NCBI RefSeq assembly: GCF_000284455.1
Contig: NC_017039.1
Location: 2,250,001 to 2,282,000, forward strand
DNA length: 32,000 nucleotides
From: Synechocystis sp. PCC 6803 substr. PCC-P
GTDB taxonomy: Bacteria > Cyanobacteriota > Cyanobacteriia > Cyanobacteriales > Microcystaceae
Reading direction: 5' to 3'
The notes under the pieces were generated by a model. It was not told where the DNA came from and ran no database searches. It saw only the letters and a list, made by a program, of their open reading frames with translations. Positions 8,198-16,951 of the stretch are shown here, one piece after another; positions within the stretch are counted from its first letter, which is position 1, and each line of letters begins with the position of its first letter. The position numbers and the translations under genes are program-made.

Positions 8198-10402
8198 TTG
8201 AAAGACGTACTCAATCAACCGGCGACATTTTTTCCCTCGTGTCCATCTCCGCCTATGGAGATTAATTCCTATGATGGAAGCACTAAACAGGAGGGTACTG
8301 TGCCCCTGGGCGAAGGATACCGTCGGGTTCGCCGCTCTGCTGCAATGGTGGGTTTAGCCGTTTCCATGGGAGCAACGAGTATGTTGTTTTCCCAAACCGC
8401 CACCGCCGCCGCCAGTTCTGGCAACTCCCCCTTGGTTGCGGTGAGTAATTTATCCCTAGACCAATCCCATGGCTCCTCCACTGAGCCGATGCTGGCTTCC
8501 CCTTCCCTGAAGCACCAAGTCAAAGAAGGAGAGTCCCTTTGGCAAATTAGCCAAGCTTTTCAAGTGGACGCCAAGGCCATTGCCCTGGCCAACAGCATCA
8601 GCACTGATACGGAACTACAAGCGGGACAAGTACTGAATATTCCCAGACCTAGTTCTTCTGCAAAAGCAGTTCAAGACCAAGTCCCCGCCGCCACCATCCC
8701 GCCCCTGGCTCCCCTGGAGCAGACTGATTCCATGGTTGTCTCTTCATCCTTAGCTCCCGGTCAGTCTTCCAGCACCGCTAATACCACTGCTGTTAAGCCC
8801 AAAGCCCAAACTTTAGTTGCCGATGTGAGTCGCCCCATGCAGGGCACCGTCATTGAACCGTTGGAAGAGAAGTTAACTTCCCAAAGAATTAAAAGTACTG
8901 CTGAAGATGCGGGCATCAAGCTCGATACAAAAGCTTCCCTGCCCAGCCCCGTAGAGGTGGCTGCCGCCGCCCATGGCGATCGCCCCATTCCCATTGCCGT
9001 AGTGGGCCCGGAAGAGTTCACTGCCATTGAAGTTCAGCCCAGCTCCAGCCCAGCCAATCCCCAGTCTTTGCCCGTACCGGCTCTCCCTGCTGTGGCCCCA
9101 GCGCCCACGAGAGCCCAACGACAAGATGAGTCTTTGGCTTCCGGAGAGGATATTTCCTTAGATAATCTCCGTCAGAATGGCATGGCCCAGCCGGTCCAAC
9201 CAGTGGAAACTGCATTAAATCTTGACCAGCCCGTGGCGATCGCCGTTATCCCTCCCGAAACTGAACCGGAGATTATTACCAGATCCCCATTACCCAGTGC
9301 TCCGGTAGTCCTGGAAACCGGCCCGGCCGTTGCGGCCTTGCCCTCTCCCTCCAATGTTGCTCCCGCTAGTGCCGAACAAATATCCTACCAAGTGAAGCCA
9401 GGGGACACCCTCAGTCAGATTGCCCGCAGCCATGACATTCAGCCGGAGAAAATCCAACAAGCCAATGGTTTGAGTAATCCTGACGAGATTAAGGCAGAGC
9501 AGATTTTAGTGATTCCTCCTCCCAACACTGTGGCGGCAGTGCCGGAACCCACCCCCCCCAGCTTGCCCAGCTTTGTTTCTACCCAGCCAACGGCCTCAAC
9601 AATCGTAGCCAGGGCCCAGGCAGAACCCGAGGCCCAGTACCAGACTCAACTAAGGGCAGAGGTAACCCAACTCAATCAAACTCAACCGATCAGGACTCCT
9701 ATGGTACCTCGAAGTGCCCTGACCGTTGCCCGCCAAGTTAATAACGAACCAGTTCCTGATTGGCAAGCCCGTTCCCCCCAAGCCCTACCGGCCAAGTTCA
9801 ACCAGCCCCGGCAGGATCTAGCCCAGTTGCAACGGCAATATTCTCCCCAGGCACAAAGAAGTCAGTTTTCCACCTCCGTCGGCCAGTCCCAAATCGTCGG
9901 GGCGGCCCCCAGTCCTGTCCAGGGCTACAACGACACCATTCAAATCCCTGTCATCCAAGAAGTTAGCCCTGAGCTGCCGGGCTTGAGTACCCCCGACTTT
10001 CCCCGTAGCCCGGGTCAGTTTAACGGTTACATCTGGCCTGCTAAGGGGGTCTTCACTTCTGGTTTTGGTCCCCGTTGGGGTCGCATGCACCGAGGCATTG
10101 ACATTGCTGCTCCCATTGGTACTCCCATTATGGCAGCGGCTTCCGGGGAGGTGGTGTTTTCTGGTTGGAACTCCGGCGGTTTTGGTAATTTGGTCAAAAT
10201 TCGCCATGGTGATGGCAGTGTTACCTACTATGCCCATAACAATCGCTTGTTGGTGCGCCGGGGAGAATACGTTGAACAAGGTCAACAAATTGCTGAAATG
10301 GGAAGTACTGGCCGCAGTACTGGGCCTCACCTCCACTTTGAAATTCGGGTAGGCGGGACTAATGCCGTTAATCCAGTGGCCCTGTTGCCCCGTAGTCGCT
10401 AA
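8198..10402 (+). CDS. nlpD: NlpD-like murein endopeptidase: signal-anchor, LysM, long Pro/Ala/Ser spacer, LysM, Gln/Pro spacer, M23 peptidase domain
   Basis: 734-aa ORF. TTG start (8198) sits 6 nt after the strong SD AAGGAGG (8185-8191); an alternative ATG is at 8255. LysM motifs HQVKEGESLWQISQAF...LQAGQVLNIP and YQVKPGDTLSQIARSH...IKAEQILVIP. M23 motifs HRGIDIAAPIGTPI and GSTGRSTGPHLHFEIR. Confidence 0.9.
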   Translation: MKDVLNQPATFFPSCPSPPMEINSYDGSTKQEGTVPLGEGYRRVRRSAAMVGLAVSMGATSMLFSQTATAAASSGNSPLVAVSNLSLDQSHGSSTEPMLASPSLKHQVKEGESLWQISQAFQVDAKAIALANSISTDTELQAGQVLNIPRPSSSAKAVQDQVPAATIPPLAPLEQTDSMVVSSSLAPGQSSSTANTTAVKPKAQTLVADVSRPMQGTVIEPLEEKLTSQRIKSTAEDAGIKLDTKASLPSPVEVAAAAHGDRPIPIAVVGPEEFTAIEVQPSSSPANPQSLPVPALPAVAPAPTRAQRQDESLASGEDISLDNLRQNGMAQPVQPVETALNLDQPVAIAVIPPETEPEIITRSPLPSAPVVLETGPAVAALPSPSNVAPASAEQISYQVKPGDTLSQIARSHDIQPEKIQQANGLSNPDEIKAEQILVIPPPNTVAAVPEPTPPSLPSFVSTQPTASTIVARAQAEPEAQYQTQLRAEVTQLNQTQPIRTPMVPRSALTVARQVNNEPVPDWQARSPQALPAKFNQPRQDLAQLQRQYSPQAQRSQFSTSVGQSQIVGAAPSPVQGYNDTIQIPVIQEVSPELPGLSTPDFPRSPGQFNGYIWPAKGVFTSGFGPRWGRMHRGIDIAAPIGTPIMAAASGEVVFSGWNSGGFGNLVKIRHGDGSVTYYAHNNRLLVRRGEYVEQGQQIAEMGSTGRSTGPHLHFEIRVGGTNAVNPVALLPRSR

Positions 10403-10544
10403 ATTCTATTGCGTCGCCATACTACTGCATCGTAATCGTACCTCTTAAGTGTGTTTATTCCCCTGGGTTAGCTTTGCTGTTACTTACAGCATGAAAGCCT
10501 GGGGGCTTTTGTTTGAGGGGGCGACGGAATAAAGTTTTTGGCAA

Positions 10545-10572
10545 CAAAAAAGATGGATCCTTAGGACCCATC
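10545..10572 (-). terminator. intrinsic terminator for lrtA, possibly bidirectional (convergent with nlpD)
   Basis: Hairpin GATGGATCC-TTA-GGACCCATC (10552-10572; 9-bp stem with one mismatch). On the minus strand it is followed by TTTTTTGTT (A-run 10545-10551). It lies about 60 nt downstream of the lrtA stop. On the plus strand it is followed by the T-rich CTTGCTTTATTTTG. Confidence 0.5.
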
Positions 10573-10630
10573 CTTGCTTTATTTTGAGGTTATGACACTA
10601 GGTTAGATTAGACTTCACTTCAGTAATTAA

Positions 10631-11206
10631 CTAGCTGGCTTGGTGGGGTTGAATAACGCCATAGCCGCCATGGTTACGAATGTAGATGACGTTGATTTCA
10701 TCTGTGTCCTTGTTACGGAACATATAAAAGTCATGGTCCACCAACTGTAGCTGTTCCAGAGCGTCTTCAATGGCCATGGGGGGCATAGCAAAATATTTCA
10801 TCCGCAATACCTCCGAAGGTAGCTCGGGAGCCCGATCGCCGATGAGATTTTCTTCCACTGGCTTGTCTTCAACAATTTCGCTTGTTTTGACATTGCCATG
10901 TTGCTTATCTTGGATGCGTTCTTTATATTTCCGCAACTGACGGGCAATTTTGTCGGCAACTAGGTCGATGCTGGCGTAAAGATTTTCACTGCCTTCCTGG
11001 GCCCTGATCACTGTGCCATTGGCATAAACCGTTACTTCCGCCTTATGTTTGTTAGTAATGCGGGCGTTGCGGGCCACGGAAAGATGAACATCAACTTTGG
11101 TGGTCAGATTTTGAAAGTGTTTAACTGCTCTTTCGACTTTTTCTTCCACGTAATCATGAATCGCTTCAGTAACTGTGATATTATTGCCCTGAATTAACAG
11201 TTTCAT
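10631..11206 (-). CDS. lrtA: ribosome hibernation-promoting factor, long form (light-repressed protein A)
   Basis: 191-aa [47 protein letters not shown] is the S30AE/HPF N-terminal domain. The C-terminal dimerisation domain has HDFYMFRN...[23 protein letters not shown] lies 8 nt upstream. Confidence 0.93.
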
Positions 11207-11214
11207 ACTGAATT

Positions 11215-11220
11215 CTCCCT
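11215..11220 (-). promoter_or_regulatory. Shine-Dalgarno AGGGAG for lrtA
   Basis: Plus-strand CTCCCT at 11215-11220, 8 nt from the ATG (11206-11204 on the minus strand). Confidence 0.55.
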
Positions 11221-11652
11221 TCGTAAAATTAATAAAAAATGAGCAATGGTTGGTTTTCCGCAGATCTAAACTTAAGTTATAAAAACTAAGTTAGATTGGG
11301 CAATTTTTCCGAGAAACAGTGAGGTGGAATCATTACTTAAAATGCCTTTCTGCTAAAGATATCAAAAGCATGGATCATTGAAAAAACACCATAAATTTGA
11401 GCTTGGTGATGAATTATAAACCCAACCTTGTTATTCTCTAGTTTACTTTTAATCATCCCTAGGGTAGAGGTAAAGTTTTCCAGAAAATTGTGGTGGTAAA
11501 TAATTAACTCCTAAGACTATCTTCAGATTAGCACTATGTATTGAATAAGACCTAATCGGTCAGGTGATTTTGACTTTCCTTTGCATCTCTTTACGTTTCT
11601 TAATTTCTGCCAACTTTGAACTTTAGTTTGATTCCGTTTCCTTTGTAGCGCC

Positions 11653-12336
11653 ATGGCCAATCCTTCCTGTCGTTTATTATCGTTCGGACTTGTGCCCTAC
11701 TGCCAAGCTTGGCAATATCAGCGGCGATGGGTCAGAGCCAAACAGCGCGATCGCCAACGGGAGGACGGACTAATGTTGTTGGAGCATCCCCCGGTCTACA
11801 CCCTGGGCACTGGCTCCCAAACCAAATATCTGAAGTTCGACCCGGCATATCCCCCAGCGGAATTGTGGCGCACGGAACGGGGTGGGGAAGTCACTTACCA
11901 TTGTCCGGGGCAATTGGTAGGCTATCCGATCCTGGATTTAAACCATTTCCAGAAGGATCTGCACTGGTATTTACGACAACTGGAAGAGGTGCTGATCATC
12001 ACCCTGGAGAAATTGGACCTGCAGGGGGAACGCATTGCTGGTTTAACGGGGGTTTGGTTGGAAGGTCATAAGGTAGCGGCGATCGCCATTAAGGTTAGTG
12101 GCTGGGTTACGTGCCATGGTTTTGCTTTGAATATTTGCCCCGACCTAGAGGGATTTAGTCACATTGTGCCCTGTGGCATTGGCGATCGGCCTGTAGGAAG
12201 CCTAAACCAGTTCTTGCCTGGTCTCACTGTGGAGATAGTTCAACCTCTAGTTATTCAAGCCTTTGCCGAAGTATTTCCGGTTACCTGGATCGCCACTGGA
12301 GAAATGCCCTGCTGGCTTAGCGACGATGTTGCTTAG
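11653..12336 (+). CDS. lipB: lipoyl(octanoyl) transferase
   Basis: 227-aa ORF with an ATG start. Motifs [39 protein letters not shown] and catalytic PCGI. Confidence 0.92.
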   Translation: MANPSCRLLSFGLVPYCQAWQYQRRWVRAKQRDRQREDGLMLLEHPPVYTLGTGSQTKYLKFDPAYPPAELWRTERGGEVTYHCPGQLVGYPILDLNHFQKDLHWYLRQLEEVLIITLEKLDLQGERIAGLTGVWLEGHKVAAIAIKVSGWVTCHGFALNICPDLEGFSHIVPCGIGDRPVGSLNQFLPGLTVEIVQPLVIQAFAEVFPVTWIATGEMPCWLSDDVA

Positions 12337-12607
12337 TTAACATGGGCAGAGGTTGTCGCTGGGTACTACCACTGGGGGGCAAATAACGGCGGGGAGATTG
12401 TTTCACGGCGATCGCCTTAGTTTTTTCTGACTGCCACCAGCGTATGCCCACCCCTAACATGGCTACCATTAAGCCCAGGGAAAATAAACTCCATTTACCA
12501 TCTACTCCACCCATGACCATATCCACCGCCGCCACAATTAGAATGAAGCTGGAAATCGGCTCACGGCGATAAAAAACTTTGACAAAACGGGGCCAGTAAA
12601 AATTCAT
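12317..12607 (-). CDS. small hypothetical membrane protein (two predicted TM helices, basic C-terminus)
   Basis: 96-aa ORF with an ATG start. Hydrophobic stretches [18 protein letters not shown] and [20 protein letters not shown]. Its 3' end overlaps the lipB 3' end by 20 nt (convergent). No recognisable family. Confidence 0.5.
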   Translation of the reverse strand: MNFYWPRFVKVFYRREPISSFILIVAAVDMVMGGVDGKWSLFSLGLMVAMLGVGIRWWQSEKTKAIAVKQSPRRYLPPSGSTQRQPLPMLTKQHRR

Positions 12608-12807
12608 TCCTAAATGGTTCCAAAACCCTCTGGGGGAAGCTCAACTACAATATAGCCTTTATTTGTAATTTCTCTCGGCTGTGAACGGGATGGTTAAGCT
12701 GGCAGTAACCAAGGAGGAAGGGCTTGGCAAAAGCAAAATTCTAAGGGCGAGCGATCAAGACCACCATTAGGGAGCTTTTGGTAACATGTTTGGAGTTTTG
12801 GAAAAAA

Positions 12808-12879
12808 TGGGTCGCCTGGGATTCGAACCCAAGACCAATCGGTTAAAAGCCGAGTGCTCTACCGCTGAGCTAGCGACCC
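12808..12879 (-). tRNA. tRNA-Lys (anticodon UUU), 72 nt, CCA not encoded
   Basis: The reverse complement folds by hand into a cloverleaf: GGGTCGC TA GCTC AGCGGTA GAGC A CTCGG CTTTTAA CCGAT TGGTC TTGGG TTCGAAT CCCAG GCGACCC A. It has a 7-bp acceptor stem, a TTCGAAT T-loop and anticodon TTT. A T-run follows the 3' end. Confidence 0.9.
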
Positions 12880-13038
12880 GTTGTGCTTCATTGGCACGAT
12901 TTATAACGTTAACATAGCTTTTGCTTCACCACAAGCATTGATCAGAAAAAATTTTCAAATTTGCCTAGGCAAGGAGAATTGGGGTCGGCAGTGGAGCGGG
13001 ATTAGGGTTCAGGATTTTACTTCACTGCCGGGAGATTG

Positions 13039-14472
13039 TTAGCGATAGGAAGCAGTTAACTCAGCGATTTTTTCCTCTTCCATGGGGCTTAATTCCTCCG
13101 GTTTCCCCACCACGCCCTTATAAACTTTGATATATTCCCCGGCGGAACGGTACCAACTAAAGTCTGCCCGCATGGCCCGTTGCTGTAATTTTTGCCAATC
13201 TGCCTTGAAACGGAAACCCTCCCAGGCCCGCACCATGGCCGTAAAGCAATCCAGGGGTTCATAACGGTCAAAGCAATAGCCGGTGCCGGCTTCATTGATA
13301 GGATCGTAGAAGGATACCGTATCCACCAAACCCCCTGTCCGCCGCACAATGGGGATACAGCCATAACGCATGGCCATCAATTGACTCAGCCCACAGGGCT
13401 CAAAGCGAGAAGGCATTAAAAACACATCCGCCCCGGCATAGACTCGACGGGAAAGGGCATCGTTGTGGAGTAATTGCACCGCCATCCGCCCAGGAAATCG
13501 GGAAGCCATCTGCCAAAGTTGGGTTTCGTAATGGCGATCGCCAGTGCCGAGGATAATTAACTGGGAATCGGTGTAGGACATGAAGCGGTCAAGGATCTGA
13601 ATCACCAAATCAATCCCCTTTTGTTCCACCAAGCGAGCCACTATACCCACCACCATGGCATTACGATTAATTTCTAACCCCGTTTCCTCCTGGATGGCAA
13701 TTTTATTTTTCACCCGCTTGTCCAAACTGTCCGCATCGAAAACATTGCTGATAAAGCGGTCTTCCGCCGGGTTGTAAATCTCCGTATCAATACCGTTGAG
13801 AATACCGACTAAATTACCACTCAGGTAGGACAATAACCCTTCCAGCTTTTCCCCATAGGCCGGGGTTTGGATCTGTTGGGCATAGGTGGGAGAAACGGTA
13901 GTCACCCGATTGGCAAATTGAATCGCCGCCGCCATCACATTGTCTCCCTGCATGTACCAAGGACACCAAGTCATAGTTTCAAGCAAGCCCCGCCAGGGCC
14001 CTTGGTAAGCAAGATTATGGATGGTGAAAACGGTGGCGATGTCTGGGGACTGATGCATCCAAACAGGGATCATGCCAGTGTGCCAATCATGGCAATGGAT
14101 AATTTCCGGCTTCCAATGGTTCCAGGCAAATTCAGCTGCCCCGTTAGAAAAAAAAGTGAACCGCCACGCCTCGTCATCTCCGCCATAGATCCTTCGGGAG
14201 TCGAAAGCTGGATGGCCGAACAAGTAGAGAGGAATTTTGGTGTCCGGTAGATAGGACTGGTAAACAGCAAACTGCTGGAACATGGCTTCCCCTTTCCAGA
14301 CCGGCTCCTTGGGCACATCAATCTTGTCGCCGATGAAACCGTAGTAGGGCATGAAGACACGGACATCATGGCCCAACTGATGCAGAACTTTAGGCAGGGA
14401 ACCCACCACATCCCCCATGCCACCTACCTTTGCTAGGGGGGATACTTCCGCCGCCACAAATAAAATCTTCAT
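13039..14472 (-). CDS. glgA: glycogen synthase (ADP-glucose type, GT5)
   Basis: 477-aa ORF. N-terminus [27 protein letters not shown] contains the K-x-GG ADP-glucose motif. C-terminal motifs [21 protein letters not shown] and GGLVDTV. Confidence 0.95.
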   Translation of the reverse strand: MKILFVAAEVSPLAKVGGMGDVVGSLPKVLHQLGHDVRVFMPYYGFIGDKIDVPKEPVWKGEAMFQQFAVYQSYLPDTKIPLYLFGHPAFDSRRIYGGDDEAWRFTFFSNGAAEFAWNHWKPEIIHCHDWHTGMIPVWMHQSPDIATVFTIHNLAYQGPWRGLLETMTWCPWYMQGDNVMAAAIQFANRVTTVSPTYAQQIQTPAYGEKLEGLLSYLSGNLVGILNGIDTEIYNPAEDRFISNVFDADSLDKRVKNKIAIQEETGLEINRNAMVVGIVARLVEQKGIDLVIQILDRFMSYTDSQLIILGTGDRHYETQLWQMASRFPGRMAVQLLHNDALSRRVYAGADVFLMPSRFEPCGLSQLMAMRYGCIPIVRRTGGLVDTVSFYDPINEAGTGYCFDRYEPLDCFTAMVRAWEGFRFKADWQKLQQRAMRADFSWYRSAGEYIKVYKGVVGKPEELSPMEEEKIAELTASYR

Positions 14473-14675
14473 ACCGTCGTTATTCCACTAATTGAGTTCA
14501 GGGCCTGGTTGCCATACTTTCCGCTCAATTATATGACGGTGGTGGTTACCCATCGGAGAGAGTAATTAACAGTTTCTGCTTTCCATCCCTATACCTTTTT
14601 CTTAGTGCTTTGTCCGTGGACTATCCATTGCCGGCCGGTGGCATGGCCTAAGTATTCCAATTCATTAATTCATTG

Positions 14676-15023
14676 CTAAGCCACTAAGGATTGGGAAGTC
14701 ATATCCTCGGACTCGTGTTCTTTTTCTGGAGAGATGAAACCGCCCGCTGCTAATCCGTCGGGATCAATACTCAGTTGTTCGCAGGGAATGGTGTCCGAAA
14801 TAATCGAGCTGGCCATCATGCCAGTATGAATTTCTAACTGAGCGCTGGGCACTGCCTCAAATACTAACCGTTGACCAGGGAACACAACTCTTTCAAAATA
14901 CCAATTAGGGACATTGGTAATGCGGGCCACTTGGATTTGATTGGTGGCATTGACGTAGCAACAGAATAAGGCTGATGGCTGGTTGTTGGGGATGGGATCA
15001 AGAATTTGGGACATGGCAGGCAT
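14676..15023 (-). CDS. cyanobacteria-specific hypothetical protein (DUF1830-like)
   Basis: Core CCYVNATNQIQVARITNVPNWYFERVVFPGQRLVFEAVPSAQLEIH matches my memory of the DUF1830 family. The ORF-track start at 15170 adds about 50 poorly protein-like codons. I prefer the ATG at 15023 (MPAMSQ...) or 15014. The start is uncertain. Confidence 0.68.
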   Translation of the reverse strand: MPAMSQILDPIPNNQPSALFCCYVNATNQIQVARITNVPNWYFERVVFPGQRLVFEAVPSAQLEIHTGMMASSIISDTIPCEQLSIDPDGLAAGGFISPEKEHESEDMTSQSLVA

Positions 15024-15315
15024 GGGATTTTTATTAAAAAAAGGTCTTTTAACTATTCTGGACAAAGCTAACACCCGCTGATCCCGATCCGCTGTAAAGA
15101 TAATTACAATCAAATTTTTTGACTCTGGCTTTGTCCCTGGACTCAAGAAAATTTTTCCGAGGCATTGCACTTTGGCGTTGGTGATTACTTGGGGCTAGAA
15201 CGGTCAGAATGCTGAGGGTGGCGGCTCCGAGCAATCGTTAAGATATATTACAATTGTGAGTAAGTGGGGGTAGTCCCTCCCGTTGCTGATCTCACCCTAC
15301 CAGTGCCCCAACGCC

Positions 15316-16911
15316 ATGATCGATCGCCTTTTGTACGTTCGTCTTCCCTGTAACCCGATTTTCCCCATTGGGGTGATTTATCTGGCGGACCATGTCCATA
15401 AATGTTTTCCGGCGACCGCCCAGCGGATTTTCGATTTAGGCACCATTCCTCCCCTGGATTTCAACCGGGCCCTTGATGAATGTATTGATGAATTTCAGCC
15501 GACAATTTTGGTTTTTTCCTGGCGGGACATTCAAATCTATGCTCCGGTGGGGGGTAGGGGTGGTAATCCCCTGCAGAACGCGTTTGAGTTTTACTACGGA
15601 AAAAATCCCTTGGTGAAGCTGAGGGGAGCCTTAGGTGGTTTGAAAGTTACCAGTGCCTATTACGGCGAATTATGGCGTAATTTAAGACTAATAAACCGGG
15701 GATTGCGGAGGGCAAAGCGTTATTGCAGTGATCCCCAAATCATTGTCGGGGGCGGAGCAGTTAGTGTTTTTTACGAACAGTTAAAAACCAAGTTGCCAGC
15801 GGGCACCATTGTGTCTGTGGGAGAAGGGGAAACCCTGTTAGAAAAATATCTACGGGGGCAAACCATTGAAGACGAACGGTGTTACATAGTCGGCCGCAGT
15901 CAGCCCCGGCCCCGGTTAATCCATGAACAGCCCTCCCCCATGGTAAAAACTGCCTGTGATTATGACTACATCGAGCAAATTTGGCCGGCCTTTGACTATT
16001 ACCTCCAGGAGGATGATTTTTACCTAGGGGTACAAACTAAGCGGGGTTGTCCCCACAATTGCTGTTACTGCGTTTACACCGTGGTGGAAGGGAAACAGGT
16101 CAGAATTAATCCCGCCGCCGAAGTGGTCAAGGAAATGCGGCAACTTTATGACCGGGGCATTCGCAATTTTTGGTTCACCGATGCTCAATTTATTCCGGCT
16201 AGGGTTTTTATAGATGATGTGGTGGAATTGCTGGAGGCGATCGCCGCGTCGGGCATGGAGGATATCCATTGGGCTGCCTATATCCGAGCTGACAATTTAA
16301 CCCCTCGGTTGTGTGAACTGATGGTACAAACGGGGATGAACTACTTTGAAATTGGTATCACCAGTGGTTCCCAGGAATTGGTACGCAAAATGCGCATGGG
16401 TTACAATCTCCGCACCGTGTTACAGAATTGTCGGGATCTAAAGGGGGCAGGCTTTAATGATTTGGTTTCCGTCAATTATTCCTTCAATGTTATTGATGAA
16501 ACCCTAGACACCATCCGCCAAACCATTGCCTACCATCGGGAGTTAGAAGCTATTTTTGGGGCAGACAAAGTAGAACCAGCCATTTTCTTCATTGGGCTAC
16601 AGCCCCACACCCATCTGGAAACCTATGCCCTGGACAAGGAAATTCTCAAACCAGGCTATGACCCCATGAGCATGATGCCCTGGACCGCCAAAAAATTACT
16701 CTGGAATCCAGAACCCCTCGGCTCGTTTTTCGGCGAAGTTTGCCTCCAGGCTTGGCAACAAAATCCCAATGATTTCGGTCGAGAAGTGATGAATATTCTC
16801 GAGCAACGGCTGGGCAAAGCTGATCTCGAAACAGCCCTCCACTCCCCCCTGCCCGACAAAAAAAAATTTCCCCCTACCATGGCAGAGGGAAAAAAACTCA
16901 GTCCTATTTAG
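15316..16911 (+). CDS. B12-binding-domain radical SAM protein (family annotated as photosystem II high-light acclimation radical SAM protein)
   Basis: The radical SAM CX3CX2C motif sits in KRGCPHNCCYCVYT. The N-terminal region is Rossmann-like and cobalamin-domain-like (ILVFSWRDIQIY, IIVGGGAVS). The ORF-track start at 15283 is a TTG; the ATG at 15316 (MIDRLLYVRLPCNP) is more plausible. Confidence 0.86.
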   Translation: MIDRLLYVRLPCNPIFPIGVIYLADHVHKCFPATAQRIFDLGTIPPLDFNRALDECIDEFQPTILVFSWRDIQIYAPVGGRGGNPLQNAFEFYYGKNPLVKLRGALGGLKVTSAYYGELWRNLRLINRGLRRAKRYCSDPQIIVGGGAVSVFYEQLKTKLPAGTIVSVGEGETLLEKYLRGQTIEDERCYIVGRSQPRPRLIHEQPSPMVKTACDYDYIEQIWPAFDYYLQEDDFYLGVQTKRGCPHNCCYCVYTVVEGKQVRINPAAEVVKEMRQLYDRGIRNFWFTDAQFIPARVFIDDVVELLEAIAASGMEDIHWAAYIRADNLTPRLCELMVQTGMNYFEIGITSGSQELVRKMRMGYNLRTVLQNCRDLKGAGFNDLVSVNYSFNVIDETLDTIRQTIAYHRELEAIFGADKVEPAIFFIGLQPHTHLETYALDKEILKPGYDPMSMMPWTAKKLLWNPEPLGSFFGEVCLQAWQQNPNDFGREVMNILEQRLGKADLETALHSPLPDKKKFPPTMAEGKKLSPI

Positions 16912-16914
16912 CTT

Positions 16915-16929
16915 GGCCAGATGCTGGCC
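16915..16929. terminator. short GC hairpin between the convergent radical SAM and sigB genes
   Basis: GGCCAG-ATG-CTGGCC, a 6-bp stem beginning 4 nt after the radical SAM stop, inside a 40-nt convergent gap. No flanking U-tract on either strand, so it is not a canonical intrinsic terminator. Confidence 0.3.
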
Positions 16930-16951
16930 GAGTGGCACCGTAGTTGGGCAA

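Noticed and set aside
10494-10515. Hairpin AAAGCC-TGGG-GGCTTT plus TGTTTG, as the nlpD terminator.
   Set aside because: The core GC stem is only 3 bp. The stronger hairpin at 10552-10572 is a better candidate for terminating both convergent genes.
11709-12071. 120-aa plus-strand ORF in an alternative frame of lipB.
   Set aside because: The lipB frame carries all the conserved LipB motifs. The alternative frame is Gly/Pro/Arg-rich with no features.
12608-13038. tRNA-Lys as a possible integration site for a genomic island.
   Set aside because: There is no integrase, no direct repeat of the tRNA 3' end, and no foreign-looking genes next to it. The flanking genes are housekeeping (lipB, glgA).
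15248-15258. The 11-mer TTACAATTGTG is shared by two divergent promoter regions (15248-15258 and 28799-28809), suggesting a common operator or HLR1-like site.
   Set aside because: A rough calculation gives on the order of a hundred chance 11-mer repeats in a 32-kb window. The second half-site needed for an HLR1 direct repeat is not present.
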